A DNA stretch of 64,000 nt, taken from positions 64,001 to 128,000 of IMG/VR virus record IMGVR_UViG_3300045988_165036. One strand, 5' to 3'. Positions 46,665-56,190 of this stretch are shown here, one piece after another. Made by a program: the position numbers and the translations under genes. The number at the start of each line of letters is the position of its first letter. Within the stretch, counting starts at the first letter, position 1. The DNA comes from a virus. The notes beneath the pieces are model-generated. The model was not told where the DNA came from. It saw only the letters and a program-made list of their open reading frames with translations, and ran no database searches.

Positions 46665-46802
46665 ATTTTTCCTTTCTGCCTGGTTTTGCCGCCGGGCGCA
46701 GCTTTTCTAAAATTCTTATATTCCAAACTCTATTATACCGTTTTTTCCATGTTGATTTGTCTGTTGTAGCAAAGTCTCATTGTTTCGCTTCCTCAATACT
46801 TT

Positions 46803-47087
46803 TCACTGATTGTAATCAGCATATTTTTTCATAAGTCTCAAAAATTCAAAGGCTGCTTTTCCGTTCGGAGCGATGAGCCTTATATATTCAGGCTTTTCGA
46901 TAATCTTAAACTCCAGCTCGTCAGCAAGCGAGAATGCCATCTTGTCGGAAGTCATCAAATGACCTTCCCGCTTCCAGAAAAGCCGCCGCTTGTCAACTTT
47001 CCAGTAAATTCCGTGATATTCGAGCGGAGTACCGTTCTTCGTCATGTCGAACGGTACCAAGAAGAATGCGATTTTTTCGTTTTTCAT
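46803..47087 (-). CDS. hypothetical protein
   Basis: ORF with RBS. Confidence 0.55.
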   Translation of the reverse strand: MKNEKIAFFLVPFDMTKNGTPLEYHGIYWKVDKRRLFWKREGHLMTSDKMAFSLADELEFKIIEKPEYIRLIAPNGKAAFEFLRLMKKYADYNQ

Positions 47088-47285
47088 TTTTCTTTCCTTT
47101 CTCCCCCGTCAAGCCGATAGGACAACTAATTGTTAAATTTTTGTTAATTCAGAACGGTAATGTGTCGCAACTCAAATGCCTGTCAAGCCAGTCGTAGGTC
47201 TTCGGAAAGCGATCCATCATCCAAGCCCAGAAATGTCTTCTTCTGCGTTTTTTCCGAGTCTCAATTGCACTTTGCCTTTGTTTCT

Positions 47286-47639
47286 TCATATCTTTCCCTC
47301 CTTTCTCAATTCGTTAAAATTCTTCATTGTCGTATATTTCCAACCGTCGCAGTCAGTCATATACCAAATGATAACCGGGTTATTGTCTTTGTCAAGTGCC
47401 ACTCCTTTGAACTGTAAAGCCAAGTCGTCGTTGCTTCTTGCGTCTACGTTCGTGTTCCAGATTGCGGCATATTCTCCACTCGAAGTGTAAGGAAGTCCGT
47501 AGGTCAGTTCGACGTTCCTCTCACGCTTTCCGTGAACAATCCGCAGACTTTTGTCGAGCCATTTCACTGCGGCAACGGCAATCTTGTACTGATTTTTGTA
47601 GTCGGTCCATTCTCTTACTTCATTCGGATAAATTTCCAT
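47286..47639 (-). CDS. hypothetical protein
   Basis: ORF with RBS. Confidence 0.55.
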   Translation of the reverse strand: MEIYPNEVREWTDYKNQYKIAVAAVKWLDKSLRIVHGKRERNVELTYGLPYTSSGEYAAIWNTNVDARSNDDLALQFKGVALDKDNNPVIIWYMTDCDGWKYTTMKNFNELRKEGKI

Positions 47640-47711
47640 TTTGGAATTCCTTTCTTCGGTTTTATTGAGGTTATCCGAAAACTCATAATTTTTTAGTTTC
47701 GTAGCTATAAT

Positions 47712-48005
47712 TCAGTCAATGTTGTCGAACACGTCAGTCGCAATTGCCTGCTTCGAGTCCGCTGTCACGCAGACTCCACGGCACCGGTCGTAATTGTTGT
47801 CGAGGAAGAAGATATATTCTTCGCCGTTGCTGTAAACAGCGTATTCTACGCCCTTCCATCCACTGTTTGCATGTTTAACGGTGGGGGAGACATATCTCTC
47901 CACAAATGCGCTCTTCGAGAGTTGGCATTCGCTCATTTCACGGAAATGAAGTTCCTTAAATCCCTTTTCCTCGAGATCGTGCGGGTAAACTTTGTTCTGT
48001 TTCAT
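47712..48005 (-). CDS. hypothetical protein
   Basis: AAAGGAG RBS. Confidence 0.6.
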   Translation of the reverse strand: MKQNKVYPHDLEEKGFKELHFREMSECQLSKSAFVERYVSPTVKHANSGWKGVEYAVYSNGEEYIFFLDNNYDRCRGVCVTADSKQAIATDVFDNID

Positions 48006-48022
48006 TGTTTTATTCTCCTTTT

Positions 48023-48199
48023 TTAATCTTCGGCTTCATAAACTTCTGTTGTAGCATCTACGATTTTTCCGTAAGAGTAGTCGAAGTCTCCACTTTCTTG
48101 CGTTTCCTTAAATTTTTCCTTTGCCTCATTTTCATCATTGGCCTCTACATAAAAAGTATGAGACAAAATTTCTTTGTAAATAACAACGTAGGTCTTCAT
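48023..48199 (-). CDS. small hypothetical protein (58 aa)
   Basis: Internal ATG 48199 with AAAGGA RBS. Confidence 0.5.
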   Translation of the reverse strand: MKTYVVIYKEILSHTFYVEANDENEAKEKFKETQESGDFDYSYGKIVDATTEVYEAED

Positions 48200-48248
48200 A
48201 GTTTTATCCTTTCTGCTCGTTTGATGGTCGAATCGCCCAACCAATTGT

Positions 48249-48716
48249 TTAAATTGATTCGATATGCGCTGGGACGAGACGGAACCGAGCGTATCTCGGA
48301 TATTCCAGATAATTGTCAAATTCCTGTGCTGTCATTCTGTTGATGATACCTTCCATCTGATTCCAATAGAACGGACCTGCGAGGAAGTAGAAACATTTGC
48401 TTTCAATTTCCCTTCCAGTTTCCTCATCGAAATAGATGAAAAGTTTCGCAGAATATTTCAAACCATCTTCATAATAAAATCCGATATCCTCAATTCTGCG
48501 AATTTTGTCGATGTCGCGGATGTTTGCGTTATTGCTTAGTTTCGTTTTTACTTTATCCGTCTCCTTTCTTTTTCTTTCTTCTTTGTTCAATGATTCATAG
48601 TATTTCATCGTCTCTTCACTCGCAGAAGATTCGACGATAAGCTTGTTGTCGTCGGTGATTTCATAATAACCTGTAAGCCTTGGTCTTCCATTGACAATGT
48701 GTTTGATGTGATACAT
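48249..48716 (-). CDS. hypothetical protein
   Basis: GGAGG RBS. Confidence 0.6.
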   Translation of the reverse strand: MYHIKHIVNGRPRLTGYYEITDDNKLIVESSASEETMKYYESLNKEERKRKETDKVKTKLSNNANIRDIDKIRRIEDIGFYYEDGLKYSAKLFIYFDEETGREIESKCFYFLAGPFYWNQMEGIINRMTAQEFDNYLEYPRYARFRLVPAHIESI

Positions 48717-48717
48717 T

Positions 48718-48981
48718 TCATTTCACCTCCTTCTTGTCTAAAGATGGAATATACTGGAAGGCGATGTCATACATCTTCCTTCCGGTGATTTGGTCTTTAA
48801 ATGTTTGGATGGACACTCCATCTCGAAGATTGCTGTCGTAGCCGTTCTCGTCAGCCCATTCTGTGATGACTTTTGTTGCCAGTGGTGTAACATAAACGTA
48901 GAGGTCGTAGTAATAATGATCAATGTCTTCAGGCGGATAACCCGCTTCAAGCAGGCGTTCCATAAGAGATTTGTTATTCAT
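48718..48981 (-). CDS. hypothetical protein
   Basis: GGAGG RBS. Confidence 0.6.
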   Translation of the reverse strand: MNNKSLMERLLEAGYPPEDIDHYYYDLYVYVTPLATKVITEWADENGYDSNLRDGVSIQTFKDQITGRKMYDIAFQYIPSLDKKEVK

Positions 48982-49105
48982 TTATCTCACCTCCTTTTAA
49001 TAATCATGAAAATTGGAATAATTCCAAAAAGGAACAATCCTTTGACCGTTTTAATAGTATCATTATATTGATACCCTTTTGTAAAAACTTTCCAAACAAA
49101 CATAA

Positions 49106-49300
49106 TTAGTTTTCCTCCTTTCTCAGTCTTTCGACGATTTTGTTTTCAAGATCGTAGTAGGTATCACCGAAGATGCGAGCCTCATCTTCTTCATCTGCTC
49201 TCCATTTGTCGGGAAGCGTGATGTCGAGTTCGTCGAGCAGTTCCTCGAAAATGTCGATGATGTCGGCGGCGAGATTAGTGATGTTGTTGTTGGTGTCCAT
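49106..49300 (-). CDS. hypothetical protein
   Basis: ORF with RBS. Confidence 0.5.
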   Translation of the reverse strand: MDTNNNITNLAADIIDIFEELLDELDITLPDKWRADEEDEARIFGDTYYDLENKIVERLRKEEN

Positions 49301-49352
49301 AATTTGTTTCCTTTCTGCCTTTCGGCTTTAAAATTGTGGTTTTATTTAAGCT

Positions 49353-49652
49353 TTAAACCAGCTCGATGTCTTTCTTGGCGACATACCAGCAACCATCGCC
49401 TTTGGTTTTACCTTCTGGCCAACGAATATGATATGGAGCGATATAATCGATACTTTCAATTCCAATAACTACTCCAATTGTTCCCTTTGGCGGGAAATAA
49501 CCAGATTCTTTGTCCTCTTTGGAATCTTCTGTGATATACCGAACTTTGTCACCAATCTCAATTCCCCGGATTTTAGTCTCTCCTCTGAGACATTCATAAC
49601 AATTGTCTGTACAGTTGGTTGTAGCCTTTGCAATTTCGCAATACTGTGCCAT
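49353..49652 (-). CDS. hypothetical Cys-rich protein
   Basis: ATG 49652. Confidence 0.55.
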   Translation of the reverse strand: MAQYCEIAKATTNCTDNCYECLRGETKIRGIEIGDKVRYITEDSKEDKESGYFPPKGTIGVVIGIESIDYIAPYHIRWPEGKTKGDGCWYVAKKDIELV

Positions 49653-49668
49653 TTTCTTTTTCCCCTTT

Positions 49669-49941
49669 TTATATATCAAAATATTTTTTAGCGTATTGAT
49701 CAATGAATATGTCAACGGGCGTTTCCTTAACTGTAAGCATTCGACACAGGGCGTCAATTTGGAGGTCTGTTTCTTGTATCATCAATATTCTTTTAACCCA
49801 AGATTTTCTATCCTCAACAGTCCTTTTATTAAGAAACGGTCTTTTTGAAAAAATCAAAAAGTCATCCAACATTTGGATCTTGTCGTCCACATATTGCTCT
49901 TTGGTTCTTTCTTCATTGTAAATGTTTGCGAATTTTCCCAT
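49669..49941 (-). CDS. hypothetical protein
   Basis: AAAGGAGA RBS, ATG 49941. Confidence 0.55.
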   Translation of the reverse strand: MGKFANIYNEERTKEQYVDDKIQMLDDFLIFSKRPFLNKRTVEDRKSWVKRILMIQETDLQIDALCRMLTVKETPVDIFIDQYAKKYFDI

Positions 49942-49957
49942 TTTCAGTTTTCTCCTT

Positions 49958-50629
49958 TTAATTAAAAATTTTGTAAAATTCAGTAGCAAAAACGACTCTT
50001 GTTGTAATTGCCGATTCACTTTGATTTGCAGGGCGTTCGAATACAAGCATGAATTCTTTTGCTGCGTTCTCTGGACTATTGGTTTCTTTCAAGAACCTAA
50101 ACAATTTTGAAAACTCTGGCGTTTTTAGAATTTCGATTAATGTTTCAACTTGTGTCCTCACATTAGAAACCGATGTCCCATTTGTTCTTGCCATATCAAA
50201 AAGGATTTGCTTGAATGAATAATAGGTAAATTGCCATAAGCCATAACCAGCCGCATCATGGACAAAGTCTATTTCTCCTTTATCTGCAAGGTTTGTATAT
50301 TCGACATCGGAAATGGCGAACTTGCGGTTATAGAAGTTCTCCAAGTTGTTAGGGCACAGATCAGATTCCGCTTTTGCGTTGGCAAGGATTCCACAAGCTC
50401 CGGCGGGGGAAATTCCGAATTCAACAAGAGTATCATAAACCTGCCTCTCAACAGAAACAGGTTTATGAACAACATCATTAGTTGTTTTGATGGTTGAAAC
50501 CGTGTATTCTTCTGAAGTTTTAATGTCCGGATCACCCGATGTGCCAATATAAAAAGCGAAGAAAAATACGAGAGCAATGGAGATCAATAAAATAGTAATG
50601 ACGATGCAACCCCATGTTTTTGTTTTCAT
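49958..50629 (-). CDS. membrane-anchored lysozyme-like peptidoglycan hydrolase
   Basis: N-terminal TM CIVITILLISIALVFFFAFYI; GACGILANAKAESDL...GYGLWQFT, resembling phage tail-lysozyme family motifs. Confidence 0.5.
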   Translation of the reverse strand: MKTKTWGCIVITILLISIALVFFFAFYIGTSGDPDIKTSEEYTVSTIKTTNDVVHKPVSVERQVYDTLVEFGISPAGACGILANAKAESDLCPNNLENFYNRKFAISDVEYTNLADKGEIDFVHDAAGYGLWQFTYYSFKQILFDMARTNGTSVSNVRTQVETLIEILKTPEFSKLFRFLKETNSPENAAKEFMLVFERPANQSESAITTRVVFATEFYKIFN

Positions 50630-50630
50630 T

Positions 50631-50918
50631 TTAGTTATCCTCCTTTGTATTTGCGATAGTGTTGATTAAACGTAAGCAAATCTTTCTTGTTGCACCGCCC
50701 ATTCCTCTGATCGATTTAATGTTCTCGATCATTTCTTCAAATTCTCCACGGTAATAATAGTCAAGCAATTTTAACCAATTATCATATCCTCCAATAGTGT
50801 CTTTGTGTCTCGCGTAAAATAATCTACGCAAAAGTTCGTCTCTTGCTTCGGCTACGATGTCTCGATCATAGAAGTTAACTGTGCTGTTGTTGATGGAGAT
50901 GTTCTTGATTGGCTTCAT
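50631..50918 (-). CDS. hypothetical protein
   Basis: AAAGGAG RBS. Confidence 0.55.
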   Translation of the reverse strand: MKPIKNISINNSTVNFYDRDIVAEARDELLRRLFYARHKDTIGGYDNWLKLLDYYYRGEFEEMIENIKSIRGMGGATRKICLRLINTIANTKEDN

Positions 50919-51030
50919 AGAGAAACTCCTTTCTGCACTTTACCCTGTGCAACGGGAAATATGCCCTTGGTGTTTAGGGCTGGGATGGCGCTCGATAACG
51001 CTCGAACGCCTCAGAGAGCAAGTTTGAGAA

Positions 51031-51216
51031 TTAATAACGATTGTCGCACCAATCGCTTGTTGTGTCCTCGACGAGAGCCTTTTCTCTGCGCTCCCGGTCT
51101 TCGCAGATACAACAGAATATTTCATCTTCTGTGAATCCACTGTCGCGAAGGTGATCGATGAGGGCTTCTTCGGCGTAGGTGAGGTCGAGAGATGCGAGAG
51201 TTGCGGTGGTTTTCAT
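51031..51216 (-). CDS. hypothetical protein (61 aa)
   Basis: ATG 51216 with AAAGGA RBS. Confidence 0.5.
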   Translation of the reverse strand: MKTTATLASLDLTYAEEALIDHLRDSGFTEDEIFCCICEDRERREKALVEDTTSDWCDNRY

Positions 51217-51289
51217 AAAGTAATCCTTTCTGGGTTTTCCTCTGTAATCCACGTTGGGTGTCTTGGAAAGCCCACGAAAAAAAATGGTA

Positions 51290-52140
51290 CAAAACCAAAT
51301 ATACATTCTTGTATCATCTTTTCATTTTAAAAAAACTTATATATGTTCTTGTCTCGCATAAAAATTCCAACCCCTATTTATTTCCCCAATCCGTACACCT
51401 ATCATCCAAACCAAAATCACAATCTGCCTCTCCCAACGGTTTTATCGCACCACAATCCAAATCAATCAACTCCCAGCCACCCTATGCCCCAATCCTAAGT
51501 CGCACGCCTTCGTCTCACGCCTTTCACATTCTTTCGCGATATCTTCTCCCTCCCCTCCACCGCCATATTCCTATTATATCACACCCACATCCAAAAATCA
51601 TCAACAAATTATAAACATTTTGCATTCTTCACATTAATCTATACTCTATAACTCGCCAGCCCCACCATTTGTGCAACAACTGTCTACACAATTCTCCCAA
51701 CCCCATCCCACCAAATTCAAATTAACCAAACCAAAATTATACCATCAACCCAACCTTATTCTCGCACGCCCGCAATCTTTCACATAAATTCTCTCGCAAA
51801 TGTGAAAAATCTTCACAAGAACTTTTACAAAATGTGAAAATTACAACCACTCGAAAATTTCGACAAGTTCTGCCACATCTCCACTACCACCCAAATTCGC
51901 GCCAAAACTATCTAAAAACTAATACTTTTCGAGCAAAATTCCAACAACCCATTATAACCATCTTCATCCGGTTTCAATCAAAAAATTGTCTTGAAACCCT
52001 CTGAAAACACCCAAATTCACCAATTTTAACGAATTAAAAACACATCATCTGTTTTTAATCGATTTTCAACCCGTTACAAATTGTAACGGACTACCGTTAT
52101 ATTTGAATCTAACCGCCTCGAATTCGAAACCTTTGAAAGT
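51290..52140. other. about 850-nt non-coding region, almost G-free on the + strand, with TTTCACAT/ATGTGAAA iterons
   Basis: TTTCACAT or TTCACAT at about 51515, 51624, 51778; ATGTGAAAA at about 51810 and 51833. Confidence 0.6.
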
Positions 52141-52143
52141 CAC

Positions 52144-52175
52144 AAAAAAAAAGAGCCGGTCTTTCAACCGACTCT
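52144..52175 (-). terminator. rho-independent terminator (- strand)
   Basis: - strand reads AGAGTCGG-TTGAAAGA-CCGGCTCT followed by T9. Confidence 0.65.
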
Positions 52176-52190
52176 CAAATATTAAAACCT

Positions 52191-52468
52191 TTACCACAAA
52201 ACAATTAATAACCCATCATCTTCTCGACTATCGTTAACGACTTTAATGAGATATCCCTTATTCCTCAAAAATTCCGCCAAATCAGATATCTTCATCCCTG
52301 AACCTGCAAGGAAAAGCTCGCCGCACTCTAAAACTACCCTGCTGTATCCTGCCATCGCAGAGTTCTTTATTTTATCTTTCACATACTTAACCACACCGGG
52401 ATATTTTTTGTCGAAAGAAAGTTTTCCCCTCCTGTTACAAATTTTCAGTGCTTTTTTGCCGTAAACAT
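52191..52468 (-). CDS. hypothetical protein requiring a -1 shift at A AAA AAG
   Basis: AAGGAG RBS, ATG 52468, then GCA AAA AAG (T6 on + strand, 52452-52457); the long frame is -1. Confidence 0.5.
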
Positions 52469-52470
52469 AT

Positions 52471-52944
52471 TTACTCCTTATTTTCAATTGGTTTTTCGGA
52501 AACAATCTGAACCTCGTATCCAAGTTTCCGTTCGGTTTCTTCAAGAGTCATTACCTTTGCGGACGAGTCGGGACGTTGAACCGCAACATAAACATAATAG
52601 GGCGATTGTACCTTTGCTGATGGCGTGAGAGGAGACTCAGAGTGTCCTTGCTGGAGAGAAATATCTCGGCAAGGTTCATAACATGCCTGTGTTGATATGA
52701 GCGTACAATCTTTTGGTTTATTAATTGTTTTCAAATGGATTATCCCGTCCATCGGAACACACAAATCGGGTATAATCAATTGGTATCTCTCTTCGTCTTT
52801 ACCAGTACAATCAATCTGCACATCAAGATGAACGTCGCCAAGAGAGTCAGTCCAGGCTCTATAAATATGAGTAGACCTTTCAATGAACCTTGCGTTGCAC
52901 AAGTCAATTTCGGTATTAGCTACATAACTGTTATATAAATCCAT
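52471..52944 (-). CDS. hypothetical protein
   Basis: ORF. Confidence 0.55.
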   Translation of the reverse strand: MDLYNSYVANTEIDLCNARFIERSTHIYRAWTDSLGDVHLDVQIDCTGKDEERYQLIIPDLCVPMDGIIHLKTINKPKDCTLISTQACYEPCRDISLQQGHSESPLTPSAKVQSPYYVYVAVQRPDSSAKVMTLEETERKLGYEVQIVSEKPIENKE

Positions 52945-53081
52945 AATTTATTCTTTTTCCAATTCCAAAAAAACTATATATTCCCCCCGTCTTCGCCCAA
53001 AATGTCTTTTACAATTACGGCAGATTATACCGTACCGGGTGTATTTTCAAGGTATCGATTCAAAATTATACCCAGACGGGG

Positions 53082-53312
53082 TTAGTTAGGTTTTATAGCA
53101 TTACTGCCAGATGTTGGCGGCGCAGGTGGTTCCAAACGGCCTTTTGACGGTTGATAACCACAGGCTCGATCTTGTTTAAACATACTCTCCTCCAGCGCCT
53201 CAATAGCGACTTTCAATACCTCTTTGGAAACGCGGTACACATAATCTTCGTCGAGCCAATCTGCTACACGAACGTGATTCTTTAATTTTTCCAACGCTTC
53301 TTGTTTTATCAT
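53082..53312 (-). CDS. hypothetical protein
   Basis: ORF; ATGA overlap with the upstream small ORF. Confidence 0.55.
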   Translation of the reverse strand: MIKQEALEKLKNHVRVADWLDEDYVYRVSKEVLKVAIEALEESMFKQDRACGYQPSKGRLEPPAPPTSGSNAIKPN

Positions 53313-53389
53313 CGCCCGAGCACCGCCTTATAAAACTCAATAATGCCAATAACAAGCACAACAACCATCAACGCTCCAAATCCGCTCAT
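53309..53389 (-). CDS. small single-TM protein (26 aa)
   Basis: MSGFGALMVVVLVIGIIEFYKAVLGR, downstream of the promoter at 53430-53458. Confidence 0.35.
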   Translation of the reverse strand: MSGFGALMVVVLVIGIIEFYKAVLGR

Positions 53390-53429
53390 CGCGCATTTCC
53401 ACCTTTTTATTTTTTCTTTTTCTGATAAC

Positions 53430-53458
53430 AGTATAACACAAAACCTATTGTTTGTCAA
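53430..53458 (-). promoter_or_regulatory. consensus promoter with hairpin (- strand)
   Basis: - strand reads CAAAACCTC-TTGACA-N17-TATACT. Confidence 0.7.
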
Positions 53459-53484
53459 GAGGTTTTGCGTTATTTTTAAAAAAA

Positions 53485-54333
53485 TTATGATTTTTTCTGC
53501 CGTTTTCTATTATAAAACCAATTCACAATTTTATTAATAGTTTCATAAATTCTATTCATCAACTTGTTTCTTGGCCTGCGTTTCAAAAGAGAGAAATCAT
53601 CTTCTTGGTCTGTTGTACCCCACGCTTCGTTAATTTCGAAATCAAACGGCAATGTAAAATATCCATCTCCTGCGTAAAAAATACCCCAAGAATTTTGAAT
53701 AATCCAACCCTTTTCGTTCCACCCAACAATCAGAACACAATGCCTATCGGAGTTCTCCGCGTCTTGCGGATAAGAATATGTATCATTGGCAATGTATGCC
53801 TTCTTTTTGCAGGTCATCGATGCGACGACGGGTCCGTGATTCATCAGCGCGGTTTTAATTCCCTCGGGAGTTCTAACGCGATAATAAGAACCGATCCGAT
53901 GCGGATATGCGAGTTCTCGATATTCCACCACCTTCTTATTGACATTCTTAATTGCGTCTGCCGTGTTATGGTTCCCGGGGCAATCTGTATAATAGCAGTC
54001 TCCGTATTTTTGAATCGTCTTGAGCGCATCACGAATCGCCATACCATCTCCGATATAATAACCGACATCCCGTGTTCCGTAAATAAATTCCGTGCTGAAT
54101 TTGCGATACTTTCCGGTTTCGATTAAGTTATGATATTCAACAAGCGACGAAATAGCGTGGGCAACACAAGTTGGTTTCATCCCCTGATTTTTAATGTTGA
54201 CCTTTTTAGGAAGTTCAAATGTTTTGGGGAAATTTTGACTCGCAATAATCTGATAGTCTCTTGCATCATACGGGCTTTCAATAACCTGTGTCTGTGAAAG
54301 CTCTCGATCAAGCGTCATTTCTTTTTCGAACAT
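53485..54333 (-). CDS. papain-like (C1 family) cysteine peptidase
   Basis: NQGMKPTCVAHA (catalytic Cys context); HCVLIVGWNEKGWIIQNSWG (His/Asn context). Confidence 0.7.
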   Translation of the reverse strand: MFEKEMTLDRELSQTQVIESPYDARDYQIIASQNFPKTFELPKKVNIKNQGMKPTCVAHAISSLVEYHNLIETGKYRKFSTEFIYGTRDVGYYIGDGMAIRDALKTIQKYGDCYYTDCPGNHNTADAIKNVNKKVVEYRELAYPHRIGSYYRVRTPEGIKTALMNHGPVVASMTCKKKAYIANDTYSYPQDAENSDRHCVLIVGWNEKGWIIQNSWGIFYAGDGYFTLPFDFEINEAWGTTDQEDDFSLLKRRPRNKLMNRIYETINKIVNWFYNRKRQKKS

Positions 54334-54625
54334 TATTCCATATCCCTTTCTGTTTTATCTCTTTTGCTTTTTGTTCTCTTTCCATATTTCTGATAATTGT
54401 TTTTTCTTTGTCTGAATCGTCTGGAACTTCTGATACATCTTCCCCAGTCTCACCACCGTATTTCTTTGCATCTATAAACATGGCATCGTCTATCCAATCA
54501 ATATTTGCGTGAGAAACACCCTCGTTATTTGCTGTTTTTAAATAAAGTTTTAATTCTTCATCGGATAAAACGACTGTTTTATTACTCTTCAATTGTGCTC
54601 GATAGTCTTTGAAACGGTTAGCCAT
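54308..54625 (-). CDS. hypothetical protein
   Basis: ORF. Confidence 0.5.
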   Translation of the reverse strand: MANRFKDYRAQLKSNKTVVLSDEELKLYLKTANNEGVSHANIDWIDDAMFIDAKKYGGETGEDVSEVPDDSDKEKTIIRNMEREQKAKEIKQKGIWNNVRKRNDA

Positions 54626-54630
54626 TGGGT

Positions 54631-55182
54631 TTAATTGTTCTCCTCTTTCGTTTGAAATTTTTTATTCAGTCCACACGGATTAAACTCCGTGCATAATCCG
54701 CCACGATATTGGCAAAGCGGAACGAGAAATCCATCAAGTTCTGGATTTGTTTCAATTGCCTTGCGACATATTTCTTTTACAACCTCTCTTGTTTCAGGAG
54801 ATGCTTGTGCACAAAGTCTTTTGTGAGCAATTGTGATTAGTTCTTCTACATTCATATACCAACACATATCTACAGGCGCTCCTTGCGGGGCAAGATTTCT
54901 GTCAAAACTTTCCTGACGATCGTTGCGCTGTGTTTTTATAAACGGAGTTGCGTGAACGTGACGCACAAGATGTGTTGCCACCCACGACGGAATGTTTTTG
55001 ATTCGAAAACAGAAATTAAGGGTTCTAATGGGGCTGTGTTGTGCCCCAATTAGTTTTCGTTTCCATTCCATTGTCGGTTCTTTATTCGAGTCTTTTCCGA
55101 CAGTGACAAGCGTGCATTTTTTACACAACATCCAATCTTCCGCATCTGGATGCTTTAATACTTCTACTTCGAAATTTTCCAA
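54631..55182 (-). CDS. divergent ThyX-like (flavin-dependent thymidylate synthase fold) protein
   Basis: HSPIRTLNFCFRIKNIPSWVATHLVRHVHATPFIKTQRNDRQ parallels the ThyX HSPLEH...RHR..S..QSQRY region, but RHR is changed to RHV. Confidence 0.55.
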   Translation of the reverse strand: MENFEVEVLKHPDAEDWMLCKKCTLVTVGKDSNKEPTMEWKRKLIGAQHSPIRTLNFCFRIKNIPSWVATHLVRHVHATPFIKTQRNDRQESFDRNLAPQGAPVDMCWYMNVEELITIAHKRLCAQASPETREVVKEICRKAIETNPELDGFLVPLCQYRGGLCTEFNPCGLNKKFQTKEENN

Positions 55183-55199
55183 TTTAATAAGCCTCGCTG

Positions 55200-55667
55200 T
55201 TAATTTCTATGAAATTTAGGGTTGTCGCGCTCATACGGCAACCGAGTATACCACAATTCGTCTACAAGATTTGAAAATCTGTCTCTGTACATAATTTGGT
55301 CATACACATCGACCTTTGCCCGATCTCCAAAACATTGATTGCTAATATGTTTGTCTGCGAATCCAACCCAATCAAAATTTTTATCGTCTGTTACATCGAG
55401 AGAAGATGTTTCAGGATTGCGTCCTCCAATCCACGGAGAAAGGATAATTCGTCCTTCCTCCGTTTTGGAAACGATTAATTCCCACTCACACTTCGCCCAA
55501 AATCTATACTGAAACTCGCCTTTAAGCTTCTGAGAGAATTCCTCTTTACTTGCGCATTTCTTTTTTAGTCTTTTGATAAAATCTTCCTGATACTTTAAGA
55601 CGTCATAGTTTTCGATTCTGTCTGCATTAAAATTATGATGTTTAACAAACAGGTTAAATTTATTCAT
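55200..55667 (-). CDS. hypothetical protein
   Basis: GAGGAA RBS, ATG 55667. Confidence 0.55.
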   Translation of the reverse strand: MNKFNLFVKHHNFNADRIENYDVLKYQEDFIKRLKKKCASKEEFSQKLKGEFQYRFWAKCEWELIVSKTEEGRIILSPWIGGRNPETSSLDVTDDKNFDWVGFADKHISNQCFGDRAKVDVYDQIMYRDRFSNLVDELWYTRLPYERDNPKFHRN

Positions 55668-56133
55668 CTTCATTTTCCTCTTCCGGACAATCATCTTCTA
55701 ATTCGCAAGAATTGATTTCATAATAATTCTTTCCGACCACTACAAAATAATCATTAATGTCATTTTCGTTTGATTGGAACACTGCGATAAAAGTATCTCC
55801 AGTTCCGTTATAACAATATCCGCAATTACTTCTAAGATATGTCTGAACCGTCTCATCAATCATATTGCGAATTTCTTCGTCTGGAAGTTTTACAGCTCCT
55901 TCAGATACACCAAACCGAAAATACTTTTTCGGAAATGCTTCTCCGGCAGAAAGCGGCTTATGAAATGCTTTGTCTTTAGTTTTGGGAAGCAACATTAACT
56001 GTTCTTCCCCACAGCAAGGACAACAATAGAGACTTTCGTCAGTTTCAATTTCTATCTCTGCTCCACAATTATTACAAACATAATAAACCATCTTTTTTTC
56101 TTCTTTTGGTTTTCCCTGTTTAATAATTCTCAT
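55660..56133 (-). CDS. hypothetical Zn-ribbon protein
   Basis: CNNCG...CCPCCG; ATG 56133. Confidence 0.55.
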   Translation of the reverse strand: MRIIKQGKPKEEKKMVYYVCNNCGAEIEIETDESLYCCPCCGEEQLMLLPKTKDKAFHKPLSAGEAFPKKYFRFGVSEGAVKLPDEEIRNMIDETVQTYLRSNCGYCYNGTGDTFIAVFQSNENDINDYFVVVGKNYYEINSCELEDDCPEEENEDE

Positions 56134-56190
56134 TTTCTTTTTCTTCTCCTTCCTCCAGAACCTCACCGGTTTCTGGATCAATAATCATTT

